NCBI RefSeq assembly: GCF_009914755.1
Contig: NC_060925.1
DNA: 64,000 nt
DNA from: the human T2T-CHM13v2.0 reference genome, Homo sapiens
Reading direction: 5' to 3' (one strand)
Positions 1 through 13,994 of this stretch are shown here, piece after piece; the stretch's first letter is position 1; each line of letters starts with the position of its first letter. The notes below the pieces were generated by a model. It did no database searches, was not told where the DNA came from, and saw only the letters and a program-made list of their open reading frames with translations. Made by a program: the position numbers and the translations under genes.

Positions 1-1992
1 TAAAAGACTTGTCTTCCAGTTCTGAAATTCTTTCTTCTGCTTGGTCTAGTCTATTGTTGAAGCTTTCAAAAGTATTTTGTGTTTCCTTCAATGAATTTTT
101 TAGTTCCAGAATTTCTGGTGCTTTGTTTTATTTTTAGATTTATCTCCTCAGTAAACGTATCCATCATATCTTGATTTTTTGAGTTCTCTGTGTTGGTTTT
201 CAGATTTCTTTTGCATCTCATTGAGCTTCATTATAATCAACACTTTGAATTCTTTATCTGGGATTTTGAAGATTTCTTTATGGTTAAGCTTTGTTGTTGG
301 AGAAGTGTTGTGTTCTTTTTGGGGTGTCATATTACCTTGCTTGTCATGTTTTCTATGTCTTTACATTGATTGATTTGTGTAATCTGGTGTAATTGTCACC
401 TCTTATTTTTGAATTTACTTTTGTTCAGGGTAGGGATTTTTCCTGAAGATGTGACTATAATTTTGGCAGGTTTTTTTGTCTTTGCTTCTGGGTGCATATG
501 TTAGCAAAATTTCTCTATAATTTCTCTGGCTATAAACAGTATTAGTGATGTCAGTGATCTCCTCAGTTTGTTAGGGTTGGTTTGGTGGAGGCTATGGTAA
601 AGTGGGGCTGATGTCTGGGCCCATCTTCAGGTTTCAGTCATAGAAGTGGTGGCCTCGCATGACTGTCCTTGTGCCTTGTGGTGGTATATGCAAGCAATGG
701 TGTTAGATGTGCTAGGCAGGCTGATTCCTGGACCTTTGGATGACTTTCTTGGGTGCCAAGCTTAGTAGCAATGCACTGGGAAAATAAGTGAGCTCTTGAG
801 CTCCTGGGCAGCTGGCATAGCATGGGTGAAGGCTATTGCAGTGGTGATGAAATGCTGGCAACGAGCTCTGTGGGCCAGCCTCCAGGCCAGTAGTGGTGTT
901 TGGATGTGGGAGCCCATTGAGGTGTTGGCAATAGGTTGTTTATGCTCAATTTTAGTCCCCCAGGAGGAGTACTCAGTTGTCCCAGGTGGTGGATTGTGTT
1001 GTGGAACCCCTAGTGCCCTGGATCCCATACTCTGTCTCAGTGGGGGATGAAGCTGGGTGGAACTGGACCAGGAAAGCTCATGCTCAGGCCCCCAAAGGCA
1101 AGTGCCTGCATCAGCCATGACAGGTGGGGATGGCTCAATTGTTCAGGCCCTGGTAGACTGCTTGGCTGAGGGGTTAGCACCACTGTACTGAGATCCTTCC
1201 ATGGTGAGAGTGGAGAAGGTTTCAGCAGCCACAACCTCTGCTGGTAGGCAGGGGACAGTGTCTTTATCACACCCCAGACCTGGTGGGGCTCACTCTACTA
1301 TCCCAGCTATCACAGACAACCTGGAGGTTCCATGAGACCTGCAAGTTTGCACCAAGTTTGCAACTCTGTCCTGAGCTATAGGAGCTACTACCCAGCTCAA
1401 GACTAAGTCTTCCTTGCAAATCTCATCCTGCTCAAGTCCTGGGGGCAATGCCTGGTTCCACTGCCAGTGGCCACAGCTCACACCATGCTTGCTTCTCAAT
1501 ACTTGTTGCAGAATCCCTCTGCCATGGTTTCACAAGCAGTAGCCTCAGTTTCCCTGTGCCTAGGACTGGCACTGCTTGTTCCCAAGACCATGCACAATTT
1601 GTTAGGAGTGAGGACTAAGTACAGTGTCTTACTATGACCACTTACATTCAAGAAGGGTGTGAAACACAAGGTATGTTCTTCCTGGAGCAGGGTTTGGGAG
1701 GGTCATGATGCTCTCTTGAGTCCTGGATTGTCCCAGGGGATAAGTGAACCACAGACAAACACTTATTCACTCTCTCCTGCATTGAGAGTCATTCCTACTT
1801 TCCGGCTGGTCCCAGTCACACAGGCTGCTTATTGTTTGCCTCCTTCCTAATTTTGAGAGTTTTCTGTCACTTTGCTGTTGAACTCTCATGTTCCTTCTTG
1901 GACAATATATTAAAAGTGTGATTGTCTACACATTATTTTGCTTCTTCTAAGTGGATGAGGTGTGCTTGAAATACTCCTAGTTGGCCATTTTG
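1..1992 (-). mobile_element. LINE-1 (older L1PB/L1MA-type) 5'UTR plus start of ORF1; continues beyond the window start
   Basis: ORF 148..330(-) MTPQKEHNTSP...KEFKVLIIMKLNEMQ resembles the old L1 ORF1p N-terminus; minus strand at ~1992 reads CAAAATGGCCAACTAGG, like the L1 5' terminal motif CAAGATGGCCGA. Confidence 0.85.
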
Positions 1993-2006
1993 AAAAAAAA
2001 AAAAAA

Positions 2007-2740
2007 GAAATGTCATTTCATACTCACTAAGATGCCTATAATCAACAATGGAAAATATCAAGTATTGCAAGAATTTGGAGAAATTAGCATCTTCAGACAA
2101 TTGTAGTAGGAATGCAAAATGATACAGCCACTTCTGAAATCAGTTTAGCAGCTCCTCAAAAAGCTGGAAATCATTACTAGATAACCCAGTAATTCCATAC
2201 TTAAATATTTATCCAACAGAAATGAACACATTTTCACACCAAAACTTGTACACAGATGTTCATAGAAGTACTATTTATAATAGTCAAGTGTGGAAGTAAC
2301 CCAAAAGTTCATCAGCTGATGAATGGATAGACAGTATCTGCTATAGCTGTATAAAGGACTACGATTCAGCCATAAAAAGAATCAGGTGTGAATATATGAT
2401 GAAGGTGAACCTTAAAAGCATATTGTTAAGTGAAAGAAGCCAGAACTAAAGGCCAGATAGATACTGTATGTTAACATTTACGCTAAATGTCCTGAATAAG
2501 AAAATCCGTAGAGACAGAAAGTAGGGTGTTGGTTCCCAGGAACCCGGTGAAAGGAAATGAGGAATGGCCCATTCAATATGAAATGGGGATAATGGATATA
2601 GGGTTTTCTTTGGAGGGTGATGAAAATATTCTGAAATCAGATAGCAGTGATATTTGCACAAACTTTTGAAAATACTATAAAACTCTGAATGTCACACTTT
2701 AAAAGGATAAATTTTATGACATGTTGATTATATCACAGCT
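2007..2740 (+). mobile_element. Old L1M (L1MB/MC-like) ORF2 3' end and 3'UTR fragment
   Basis: L1M 3' motifs: gatacagccacttctgaaatcagtttagcag, gaatggatag, gggtgatgaaaatattctgaaatcag. Confidence 0.8.
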
Positions 2741-3537
2741 GTTAACACATTGCACAGGAGGTTTGAAAGGGCCAAAATAAAGATTACAGGAGAAGTATAA
2801 TCAAACAAGCATTTTTATTTCTACTATCTATTGAAACTCTCAAAAACGATAAAAAAGTTTTAGTTAAAAACTCAGTAGGTTGATATCATGGTATGTGAAT
2901 TATATCTCAAGGAAACAGTTTTCAAAAGTATAAACATGTCAAAATTAAGAGAACAGAAGAAATAATATTGGATGAGTTTTGTCAACAAATTTTTGAAGGT
3001 TGGAAATCTGGAAAATGACTGGCAACTAAGTCAACAGAACAAAGAAATTTGAAGTCTAAAGGTTTGCAGAAGGGAATGCTAAGATAAATATGCTGATTCA
3101 TGCCACAGATCATAGGAAATGATTTGTTAAAATGAAAACATTCCAGTTATCTAAAAGGCATTGATGAACTGTGACACTGAATGTAGGATAATTTGTTAGC
3201 TGTCAGTATAAAGGACCAGTTAGAGTTTTAAGTAGCTGTCCATACCCTAGTAGAGACCAGCATTTATTCTCTGGAGAAATTGAACTGAGAAGCTCTAGAC
3301 ATAAGTCAGTGAAGAGAGTGAGTGAGAATGAGGCACTATGCCAAAAACAGGGAGATAAAGAAACATTCTACATAATGAAAGGTGACAACCTCCTGCCTAT
3401 CCCTAATTTTCTGCTCAGCTACCAGATTGCTAGAAGGCTTGCTAACCATCCTCAGGCAAACAATTAAAGGATTTCTCCTTGGAAAACCTTCTAGAATAAG
3501 AAAGAATGCCTCCTGGTACTTACATTTAGGTATCCCT

Positions 3538-4027
3538 TGTGATGATTAATTTTATGTATTAACCTGGCTGGGCCTCCATGCCCAGATATTTTGTTAAACA
3601 TTATTCTGGATGTTTCTGTGAGGGTGTTTTACATGGACTAACATTTAAATCTGTGGACTTTGAGTAGAGCAGATTGCTTTCCATATTATCGGTAGGGGCC
3701 TCATCCAATTAGTTGAAGGCCCCTCAAAGGACAAAAGACTGACCTCCCCCAAATAAGAAAGAATTCTACCAGCAAGATGATCTTCAGATTTGAACTGCAG
3801 CAGAGGCTCTTTCCTTGGTCTGCAGCCTACCAGTCCATCTTGCAGATTTTAGACTTGCCAGCCTCCATAATCACATAAGCCAACTCCTTAAAAATAAATC
3901 TCTTTCTTTCTCGCTCTGTTCCCCTCTCTCCTCTCTTTTTCTCTTTTCTTCCCCCTTCTCTTTCTCTCTCTTTCTTTCTCTCTCTCTCTCCATTGGTTAT
4001 CTATCTCTGGAGAACCACACTTAATAT
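3538..4027 (+). mobile_element. MLT2-family (ERVL) solo LTR
   Basis: Starts TGTGATGATTAATTTTATGT, contains ggcctcatccaattagttgaaggc and a CT-rich tract, ends ctctggagaaccacacttaatata. Confidence 0.85.
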
Positions 4028-4099
4028 ACCCTCAAAAAAAAGTCCAGGTCATTATCCTAACTCTTCTGATAAAATTCATCAGCCGACAAGTCCCATACA

Positions 4100-5520
4100 T
4101 GAACATAACATTTCAATCATCTTTATAATGATTTAGGCTAAGAAAATAAATATGTGAGGAAAATCTAAGAGATCAAATCAAATAGATCACAGAAGATTTC
4201 AGAAGAGAAAATGATAATGCAAAAAATTTTAGAAATTAGAATATTCTCATAGCAATGAGAGAAGATGCTTTACTCATTATAAAAGAAGAAAAGCAATAAA
4301 AAAGAGAGAACAATAAAAATTTTCTTAAAATAAAAACTATTATAATAACTAAAACATTTAAAACTATTGTTGAGAAAATGTTCCAAAAAATAAGTCAAAA
4401 GGAATAATGGGAATAAGATCGAATAAAATGACAGAATAAACAGATTTTCAGGCATGCTAGTTCTTGAAATATTAACCTCATGGGTACCACACTAATTATC
4501 ATGAAGGCATTGAAAACTGTATTCCATTAAAACAACATATCAGGAAGATAACATAGAATCCAATAAAGAGAGGATCCAACACAGGAATCAAGCAAGGAGA
4601 CATCCCAGGATGTGAATGGCAGGCAAAGACAGAGAAGAGATGTGTCCTTGAGCTAGAAAACAATCAGTCCAGGTAAGACCAGAAGAACATAGTCTCCCCA
4701 CAAGGGGAATAAAAGCCAAACTTTTAAAATGGAATCAATAGATTACTTCATTAGAAGAGTATTAGAGTCCCATTGGAGAATTTGGGAGAATATGAGATAC
4801 ATTCACAGAAAATTTAGCACATATTTAGCATATAATTAGAAGTGTAGAAGAACACAGATATAAAACTAAGAAAATATGAGTAGAAGAATATGGATATAAA
4901 ACCCATAAAATATTAATTTAAATATTAACCTTTAAAAATATAAAACTAATCAAGTAAAATATTAAATCAATTAAAAAACAAACCAACAATCCAATGAAAC
5001 CCAGTAGGTAAATGATATGAAGAGATGATCTATAGAAATATAAACCCAAGGGGCTAATGTGCATGAGAAAAACCTCACTGGAAACTAGAGAAATTATAAT
5101 TCGAGAAATCGAAAGTAAAGTAAAAGTCAGCCGTCATTTCAGCACCATAGGAAATGGGTAAAGATATAAAAGTCTTGCAATACCAAGTATTGTAAATGAT
5201 GTAGGCCAAGGGGATAGTTTTATGTTGGGTCCAAGAGTATAAATTTGTCCAGCTGCTTTGGAGAACAATTAGGCATATGTAGTAAGGCTGAAACTTCTTT
5301 AATCCAGGATTGAAGTACTGAAGAAACTGTTGGGAGTTTGTCTTGCAGACATCCGTTGACATTTACTAGTCATAGCAATATGAGGCATTGTTTCTAGATA
5401 CGTGTGAATTTGTTGAAAGTATAGAAACAGGCTTGGCATGATAAACATCAAATTCAGAATTAAAGTTAATTGAGAAGCGAAAGAAGGAAATGGAATTTTG
5501 CTGAGGATAGGGTACATTAA
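4100..5520 (+). mobile_element. Highly degraded L1M fragments
   Basis: A-rich, with L1 ORF2 3'-like motifs (gtataaatttgtccagctgctttggagaacaattaggc); boundaries uncertain. Confidence 0.45.
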
Positions 5521-5612
5521 CTGAATCTATGAGTGCTCTGAAGCTAAAGTAGCAATCTAAGTAAGTTTTTTGTTTTTTTTTTAAATGGGTCGCTATATGA
5601 TTGTGTATGATA

Positions 5613-5655
5613 TTAGGTTAGTGCAAAAGTAATTGTGGTTTTTGTCATTACTTTT
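5613..5655. mobile_element. MADE1 (Hsmar1-derived MITE), one half only
   Basis: ttaggttagtgcaaaagtaattgtggtttttgtcattactttt matches one MADE1 TIR plus centre; preceded by TA; second TIR absent. Confidence 0.85.
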
Positions 5656-6831
5656 CTGCATGCTAGAAGTATTTCTAAATTAAGAAAAAAATGGGTAGGT
5701 AGGTCATGAAAAAATTGATATTTGTATCAAACCAGTATGAAGTGTGCAGAGACAGAAAGAATGTGATGAGCCAGTAGACTGAAGAGGGCAAACAAACCCA
5801 TGAGATACTCTGTAGATGGATGACAATGCAGATGACATTTCAGACCAACAGGAAGAACACAATGTAGGAAACAACAGGAAATGGCTCCCAGGTCACAAGT
5901 GTTGGAGTGAACCTTAGGAGGATGCTAACTAGTTTTCTCCCAGCGACGCCTGTAATGAATATCAGTGAATCAGAGACCAGAGCTCATCCTCTGGCTCTGC
6001 CATTCACTGGGGAGTTTAGTAAGAAAATCAGTGTATCACCCCACCATAGTTTTCTTCTCTGTAAAAGACAGGTCAGCGCTAAGAAACTTCAATGCTATTA
6101 CATTTGCATGAGGAGATTTGTGGCTTCCACCTTTAGAATGCACAAGATGACTCTTGGTTTCTAATTGCATTCTTTTATTCCTAAAATTATAATGGCAAAT
6201 TATCTGACCCCTCACAAGCTATTACACTGTTTTTCCTTTCCCGTATCTCCCCATCAGCACTTTCTAGCCTTGTTCTCTTGAAATGTTATGGTCTCTATTG
6301 GTTTTCAACACTTCCTTTAATTCTTAGTTTTCTCAGGCTAAACCAAATTCAGTTTTTTCTACCCTTTTCTTAAATGTTTGTTCCAGGGCATTTCATTCAT
6401 TAACAGGAGAACAATTTCCAGAAATGTTTTGGAAACAAGTGTATGAAATATGATCAAAGTGCAATGCTATTAATAATCACACCTGAGCTTGACATGTTCT
6501 CCCATTCATATTAAAAAGAGAATCTATATGTATTTATGCTGTATTTGTATAAGGTAATTCCCATTTCAAAGGCAAAATAAAAACTAGGAAAGTAAATATC
6601 TTGATAACTTATTTGATTTAAAAAAAGAAACTTATTAAATCACTACATAACTTCAACAACAGCAGAAGAAATATCTTTTACAACTAAAGCCTAGATCACA
6701 CTCAGACCATTTGAACTGGGAAAGCTGACTTAGGTAATGTGACCTAGAATCTTGACAAACAGATATTTGTCCTAAACAAAGATTTATTTTAATAATTGCT
6801 TCACATTTAATATTTGCTAAGTTAACTGTAG

Positions 6832-7085
6832 TATTCCAGTACTGCTCCTGTATATGAGTATTTATATATGAAATTAATATGAAATTTATGATATATATTA
6901 ATTAAAATATTAATTATATATGAAATTAATATGAAATTTGATATATGTTAATTTCATATATAAATACTCATATATAGGAGCAGTACTGGAGTAGTATATA
7001 TATGAAATCTATATACTATATATAAGTATATAGTATATAGACTATATACTACATACATAGTATATATATGAAATCTATATATTAT
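6832..7085. repeat. AT-rich fold-back inverted repeat with internal direct repeats
   Basis: 6832-6880 is the reverse complement of 6945-6993 (49 bp, about 3 mismatches). Confidence 0.9.
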
Positions 7086-7360
7086 TCATACCTATTCATA
7101 TATTTCATATAATAATATATATAGAATATTAATTTAATTGTGTTGAATCTGGATATGCATATACGTCAAATTTTCTTAGAGTTTAATGTGGTATTGTCAC
7201 ATCTTCAGAGTGTTGTATACCTTGGAATTCAAGAGTAAAGAAGCAATGAGGAAAGGTAAACTAATAGGCACCTTCTTTGAAAGGATGAATGATGCCTTTG
7301 AATAGAGGCAAAACTCCAATGAAATAAAAATAAGCAAAAGTATAAAATGCCATATAAATA

Positions 7361-7963
7361 CGTAAAAGGAAAATAAATCTGGGACCCCAAAATCAGTAAA
7401 CCAAGAGGAAAGTCAAGCAGGGAGCTATGTCAGGTAAACCTGCCTCCCATTTTATCCCTAAATAAGATAGCTACAAAGATAAAAAAAAGCTACAGACCTC
7501 CTTCACAATTTGCCCTCAAGGAAATTCCTTGAGGGCCTGAAGATCTTTACCCTAAGCCAGTTCTGTTGAATTTCGCCCGCAATGTAAACTGATAGCTTAT
7601 CTTTACAGGTGCAGGACAGAAAGTTATTTCTCTGCTCACCTGAGACAAATGCATATCTAATTGCTTCCTCTACCCTATTGTTTATGTAGAAATGCAGATT
7701 CACTGAGCTAGACTAAATTGAGTATTCAGTGAAAGGCTGATCAGGACTCAAAAGAATCCAACCTTTTGTCCCTCCTTTCTGGACCTAACCAATGTACACA
7801 TTACATATATTCCTTTATGTCTCATGTTTCCCTAAAATGTGTAAAAGCAAGCTGTACCCCGATCACATTGGAGACATGTCATCAGAACCTCCTGAGGCTG
7901 TGTCATTGGGAAGATAAACTTTCTAAATTGATTGAGACTGATCTTAGATATTTGGGGTTCACA
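7361..7963 (+). mobile_element. MER4A-family (ERV1) solo LTR
   Basis: Starts cgtaaaaggaaaataaatctgggaccccaaaatca, contains aaacctgcctcccatt, ends atcttagatatttggggttcaca. Confidence 0.85.
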
Positions 7964-8552
7964 ATTATAAGAATTTGTTTTTATGCTGCTTTGGTGATGG
8001 GGGTAAAATTAATGAGTTTAATATAAAATTATAATCCTTCAGATTGTATAATTCCTCTGTGATCAATTTCATCTTCCTTCCAAACAAAGCACCTTGATGT
8101 AAAAACTGTGAATTGTTAGGTAAAGGAAGACAGAAGCACAAGTGTAATTTGGATGTAAAATAAACAAAGCAGTGAATTTGCCAAGCAAAGAAACGCAGAA
8201 ATGCCCTACAGTAGAATTTCAGACTAACCCAGCTTCAAGGGATAATGACCCTTGAGCAACTCTTAACAGGAAGTCACAAAGTCAGATTGTGAAATCCAGA
8301 GAGCTCAGAGGAATTCTAGAATTGGCAGCCAATTGGATGGCCTCGTACCTGCCCTGGTTATATTCTAAGAGCTCTGATTCTTTAGATGAAAGAAAGAACC
8401 AGAAATCTCTGGACTGTGACAATCCTTCAAGTAAAGTGAGTAACAATGGGGGTTTGTTTCAGAACAGAGCCCACCCTGAGCCGAGGGCTACAAAGGGAAA
8501 GTTGGAAAAGAATATACAGAATATCAGAGTGTCAGCCATGTTATTCACAGGG

Positions 8553-8715
8553 ATACTATTTAAGACAGTAGCCATTAGCTATAGGTGGCTATTTAAATTT
8601 AAATGCCTTAAAAATAAATAAAATTAAAGATGCAGTCCCTTGGTTGCACTTACCACATTTAAGTGCCCTGTGGCTGACACAGTAGACAGTACAGACACGG
8701 GGTATTTCAATTGTC
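8553..8715 (-). mobile_element. MER3-like hAT-Charlie MITE
   Basis: cagtagccattagctataggtggctatttaaatttaaa...aaataaaattaaagatgcagtcc matches recalled MER3. Confidence 0.7.
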
Positions 8716-8719
8716 TGGG

Positions 8720-8853
8720 CAGTCTTGCCACTCAAAGTGTGGCCTACGAATCAGCAGCATTGGCTTCACATAGACATTTTAAGAAATGCAGAAACTTAGG
8801 CCCCATTGCATCTTAATGTAAACTGTGTGCACCTTAAAGTGTAAGGAGTACTG
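8720..8853. mobile_element. MER5A-like hAT-Charlie MITE
   Basis: ctcaaagtgtggcc...cagcagcattggcttcac...agaaatgcagaaacttaggcccc...aaagtgtaaggagtactg. Confidence 0.7.
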
Positions 8854-9117
8854 GCCTAAGGCTCATTCCAGAACTCCAGTCATTGAAAGATAAACCAAAT
8901 GCAAATCAGAAAGCTGAGACAAAAAGCTGACTCAATAGATTGTACAAGAACTGTCTATGAGCCCACTCCCCTGGGTTCATCCAAATGACTTTAGATTCCT
9001 GGCTTATGGTTGTATAACTATTTTCAAACACTTTTTGTAGAGCTAAGATAATGACTATTCTGCTTTGCTCCAGGTTGTCTAGGTAACATTTATGTGTAGC
9101 ATATATACAAACAAACA

Positions 9118-9310
9118 AATAACATTTATCAAGCACTTACTATTTGTCTGACACTAAATTGTGCAGTTAATAGGCATTTTTAAAATGATTTCACGTAAGT
9201 GATTTTCAAACAAGTTCCTTTAGAATCAGTTTTTACTGATGATATAATTGATCCTCAACAAGGACAAAAATCATGCCCAAGAACACATGGTTAATAAATG
9301 GTAGAACTAC
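9118..9310 (-). mobile_element. MIR fragment
   Basis: aacatttatcaagcacttactat...tgcccaagaacacatggttaataaatggtagaact. Confidence 0.65.
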
Positions 9311-9855
9311 TTTTGTACAAAAGTAGCTCTATGTTTTTATTTTATTTTTTCAATCCACAGAGTTAGAAGATGTGTTATTATTTTTGTTCAGGGCCTAGAC
9401 TTCCTAGCCATAATTATTACTGTAGTAGAAATTAAACAAAAGATTTAAGATTCATTACTAAGAGAATCTGAATGAGAAAGATTTTGTGCCTGGACTCAGC
9501 ACTGGTGAAAAACTTCCTCAAAATTTTAGTCTTCCAAAGAGGCTCTAATTGGCGTTAGCAGAGATTCTGCCCTTGAAGTGACTCTCAGTTTTCATCTCTG
9601 TGAATTTAGAAATCTGAATTTCGATTACTTTCTTACTTAACGAAGGTTTACCTGTCTTCCTTGCTGCAAAAGCAGCAAATAAAGCTGGTGTTTTGTAGGT
9701 GATTTTTTTCATTTTTAAGCAAACAATAAAAGCAACTGTTCTCTTGGTGGAAATTTTTTTTAAAAAAAAAATACAAGCTATAGAGAAAAAAGGAAATGTA
9801 ATGAAGATTAGCCATGAAATTCTCATTAAGCATAGAATAATTCCATTTATATTTC

Positions 9856-10415
9856 TGTTACAGGAAAGGGGTCCTGATCCAGACCCCAAGAGAAGGTTCT
9901 TGGATCTTGCTCAAGAAAGAATTCAGGACAAGTCAGCAGTGCAAAGTGAAAGCAAGTTTATTAAGAAAGTAAAGGAGTAAGAGAATGGCCACTCCATAGA
10001 GAGAGCAGCCCTGAGGGCTGCTGGTTGCCCATTTTTTTTGGTTATTTTTGATGATATGCTAAAATAAGGGGTGGATTATTCATGCCTCTGCCTCCCTGTT
10101 TTAGACCATATAGGGTAACTTCCCAACATTGCCATGGCATTTGTGCTCTGTGATGGTGCTGGTGGGAGTATAGTAGTGAGGACAATCAAAGGTCACTCTT
10201 GTCGCCATTTTGGTTTTGGTGGGTTTTGGCAGGCTCCTTACTGAAACCTGTTTTATCAGCAAAGTCTTTATGATCTGTATTTTGTGCTGACCTCCTATCT
10301 CATCCTGTGACTTAGAATGCCTTAACCATCTAGGAATGCAGCCCGGTAGGTCTCAGCCTCATTTTACCCAGATCCTATTTAAGATGGAGTTGCTCTGATT
10401 CGCACACCTCTGACA
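9856..10415 (-). mobile_element. MER41A (ERV1) solo LTR
   Basis: TG...CA termini, 560 bp; minus strand starts TGTCAGAGGTGTGCGAATCAGAGCAACTCCATCTT and ends GGATCAGGACCCCTTTCCTGTAACA. Confidence 0.9.
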
Positions 10416-10802
10416 GCTCTTCGCCCTCAACTATTTATATATTTTTTCAGTTTAATCTATCTTAAACTTTTGAATGTTTATTTCATACATTCTAAGTTGG
10501 TTTATATTTTATAATGTATTCTAAATATCTACTTAATACTTTAAATGTAAATGCATGATTTTTAACAAAATATTTTAATAGATGTTAGTGCACAATATTT
10601 TTATATTTTATGATATAAACAACTTCAGAAATTATCATCTGTCCATTTGTTCATGGATTTGAACAAGTGACTCAGATAATTAAGTATTTTTAGCCTAAGG
10701 AGCAGAAGTTTTAATGACTTTCATGTGGATAAATTTTTTGCAGCAGCAGGATGTAGATCTAGGGTGAGTGAATGATTAAACAACACTGGTGACAAATTCT
10801 AA

Positions 10803-11119
<317 letters not shown>

Positions 11120-11489
11120 TAAAGCAATAATTTCTAATAATATACTCTTTAAAAAAGTTAATCTCAAAACAATAAGTTAAAAACAAATGAGAAATTCAGA
11201 TGCTGGATTGTAGGTGAGCTGGTCACCTCCTGGGAGAACTCATTCATTCCTTATTCAGAGCAAAATGTTCTAGGTTGATCAAGGGAGAACTGACATTCTG
11301 AAAGCTATGCCAAGGGCAGGGGTTTTAGGGGTGAAGATCAAAGCAGCGCTGAGTGTTCTTCCTTTTAGCAGTTTGTGTTTCTTTCCTCTCCAGCTGCAGC
11401 TATGATAAGGTAGACTAAAGATTACTTCTCCTTGTGGGTGCTCTTAAACTTAGAAGGTAAACCAATAGGCACAGTTTAGCCTGTTGTAA

Positions 11490-13570
11490 GGTACAAGTTC
11501 AAAATACCAAAACCTATTTTCTTTCTAGGCGATAACAATAAAAAAACAAAAGTGGAAATTTTGAAAAGTAATATTGAAAGAACTCAGGGTTAAATCTGCC
11601 AAAAGGGATGCAATGCCTATATAGTGGAAACCACATGACATTGCTAAGATGAATTAAAGACCTACATAAAGGACAGGTGTATTCACGGCCAAAGGATTTA
11701 ATAATTTCAACATGACGAATGTTCCATAGATTCTACATAACTCAATCAAAATCTTAGTAGGCATTTTTTGGAAAATTTAAGAAGCTCATTCTAAAATTCA
11801 TGTGGACTTACAATAATCCTATATTACCAAGACAATGTGGCATTTGTATTGAAAGAGATTAATAAAGTAAGTAAGTCCAGAAATGAACCCCACATATATA
11901 TCAATAATTTTTTGGACAAGGGTCAAAGGCAACTCAGTGGAGGAAAAACAATGTTTTCAGGTAATGTTGCTGGAAATCTTGGATCCATACATACACACAC
12001 ACACACAATTTAATAACTTCAATTTATACCGAGCAACATACACAAAAAAAACTCAAAATAGATCACAAAGCTAAGTATAAAACCTAAAATTACAAAACTT
12101 CTAAAAGAAAACAAGTAAAAATCTACATAATCTTGGGTTATGCAAAGAATTCTTAGATATAACACCAAAACTACAAACTATAAAAGTACAAATTGATAAA
12201 CTGGATGAAATCAAAATTAAACAAATTTGCTCTTTGAATGATACTGCTAAGGAAATAAAAAGCAAAGTCACAGATAGTGAGAACATTTCTGTAATTCATA
12301 TATCTGATAAGGAACTTTTGTATCCAGAACATATAAAGAAGTCCTAAAATTCAGAAGGAAGAAAACAACTCAAATTTTTAAATGGTCAAAATATTTGAAC
12401 AGATACATTATCCAAGAAGTATAATCATGGCAACTAAGCACATGAAAAGATGCTTATCATTATTTGTCAGTAGAAAAATACAAATAAAAATCACAGTGAG
12501 ATAATACCGAGACAGCCAAGTAAAAATAGGTCCCTGGAGAACCTCTGACCGGCCTGGGCACTGGGAGGAATGGGCACTAGGTGGAGCCTCGGGAAGTTCG
12601 CGCAGATTGCACAGGGGCGGAACCTGGCCTGTCTTCTTCCGGGATGGAACGAGGAATTCAATCTACAAGGCCGGAAGCATATATACTAGCAGAACTTTTG
12701 CTCTTCTGAGAGTCCCTCTTTTCCTTCTTTTTTCCTTTTTACCCAATAAATTCCATTTTTCTCACCCTTCAAATGGTCTGCGAGCCTGATTTTTCGTGGT
12801 TGTGTGACAAGGACGCCTTCTTTAGCTGAATGAAGGAAAAGTCCTACAACACTATGTCACATCTATTTGAATAGCTAAAATTAAAAGGACTGGTCCTATC
12901 AGTATTCATTAGGATGTAGAGAAGCTAGAAATCTCATACAGTGCTCATGGGAATATGAAAAGGTGCAACCAATTTGGAAAATAGTTTGAAAGTTTCTTAA
13001 AAAGTTATATATGTAGCTATCATAAAACACAATCATTCCTGGACATTTATCCAAGAAAAATGAAAGCACGTGTCCATTTAAAGGTGTTTACATGAGTGCT
13101 CAAGCAGCTTTTTTGGTAATAATCCAAGCTGGAAACAGCCCAAATGTCTGTCAACAAGTGAATGGATAACAAATTGTGGTATATAGACAAGATGGAATAC
13201 TATTAAGGAATAAAAAGGATAAATTCTTATTGATACATGCAACACCATGGATAAATTTTAAAATGGTGAGTTGAATGAAAGACACACAAAAAAATCATAA
13301 GATTCAATGTATTTAACAATCTAGGAAATGCAAACTACACTGTAGTTGCAGAAAGTCCATCAGTGATTGTGAGAAGTTGGGGTGGTGAGAAAGGTGAGAT
13401 AGAAGGATTATCAACGGACATGAGAAAACTTTCGGGGGTGATTATTGTGTTATTATGTTATACTGAGTGTTCTGATGGTAATACTGGTGCATTTACATGT
13501 CAAAATTCACATTGTACATTTTAATATGTTCAGCCTATTATATAACAATTATACTTTAATAAAGTTATTT
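11490..13570 (+). mobile_element. Old L1M (L1MC/MD/ME) ORF2 3' half and 3'UTR, interrupted by MER61A
   Basis: L1 motifs aaaattacaaaacttctaaaagaaaac and aagcacatgaaaagatgc; L1 sequence resumes after 12851. Confidence 0.85.
12508..12851 (+). mobile_element. MER61A (ERV1) solo LTR
   Basis: Starts cgagacagccaag...ggtccctggagaacctctgaccggcctg, internal AATAAA, ends gaaaagtcctacaaca; 344 bp. Confidence 0.85.
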
Positions 13571-13994
13571 AAGCAAAAGATCACTTTGAATGATTGGGTA
13601 GCTGTAGAGAATAGGCTACTTAGAATCAATGAATTTAAAGATGAAATTCCATATAGGTCAATTAGTCCAAATCTTTATATGACACTTGAATTTTCTCTAC
13701 AATATCAATAATCACCGGGCTGAACACCACAGAATTGAGAGACTTACTGTCTTCCAAGGCAACTCCTAACAACTTTGAGAGCTGTTAGATTTTGTTTTTT
13801 AATACTTGATTGTAAGGAGTCAAAATAATGGCCTCTGTGGTAGTCACACATGGATCCTTAACTAACTCTTTAGCATTTCAGGGCTTTCTTAAAAATATGC
13901 AACATATTTTAAGTTTAACCCTTCAAATATTTGGGGGAAAAAAATCAAGGTTCCATGAATTTTTCTTTTATAGGATAAAAAGCTCTAGGTACTC

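Noticed and set aside
5613-5655. Possible miR-548-type precursor
   Set aside because: Only one MADE1 arm is present, so no hairpin can form
9856-10415. MER41 as an interferon-inducible STAT1 enhancer
   Set aside because: The copy is MER41A-like and I see no TTCnnnGAA GAS motif at the expected position
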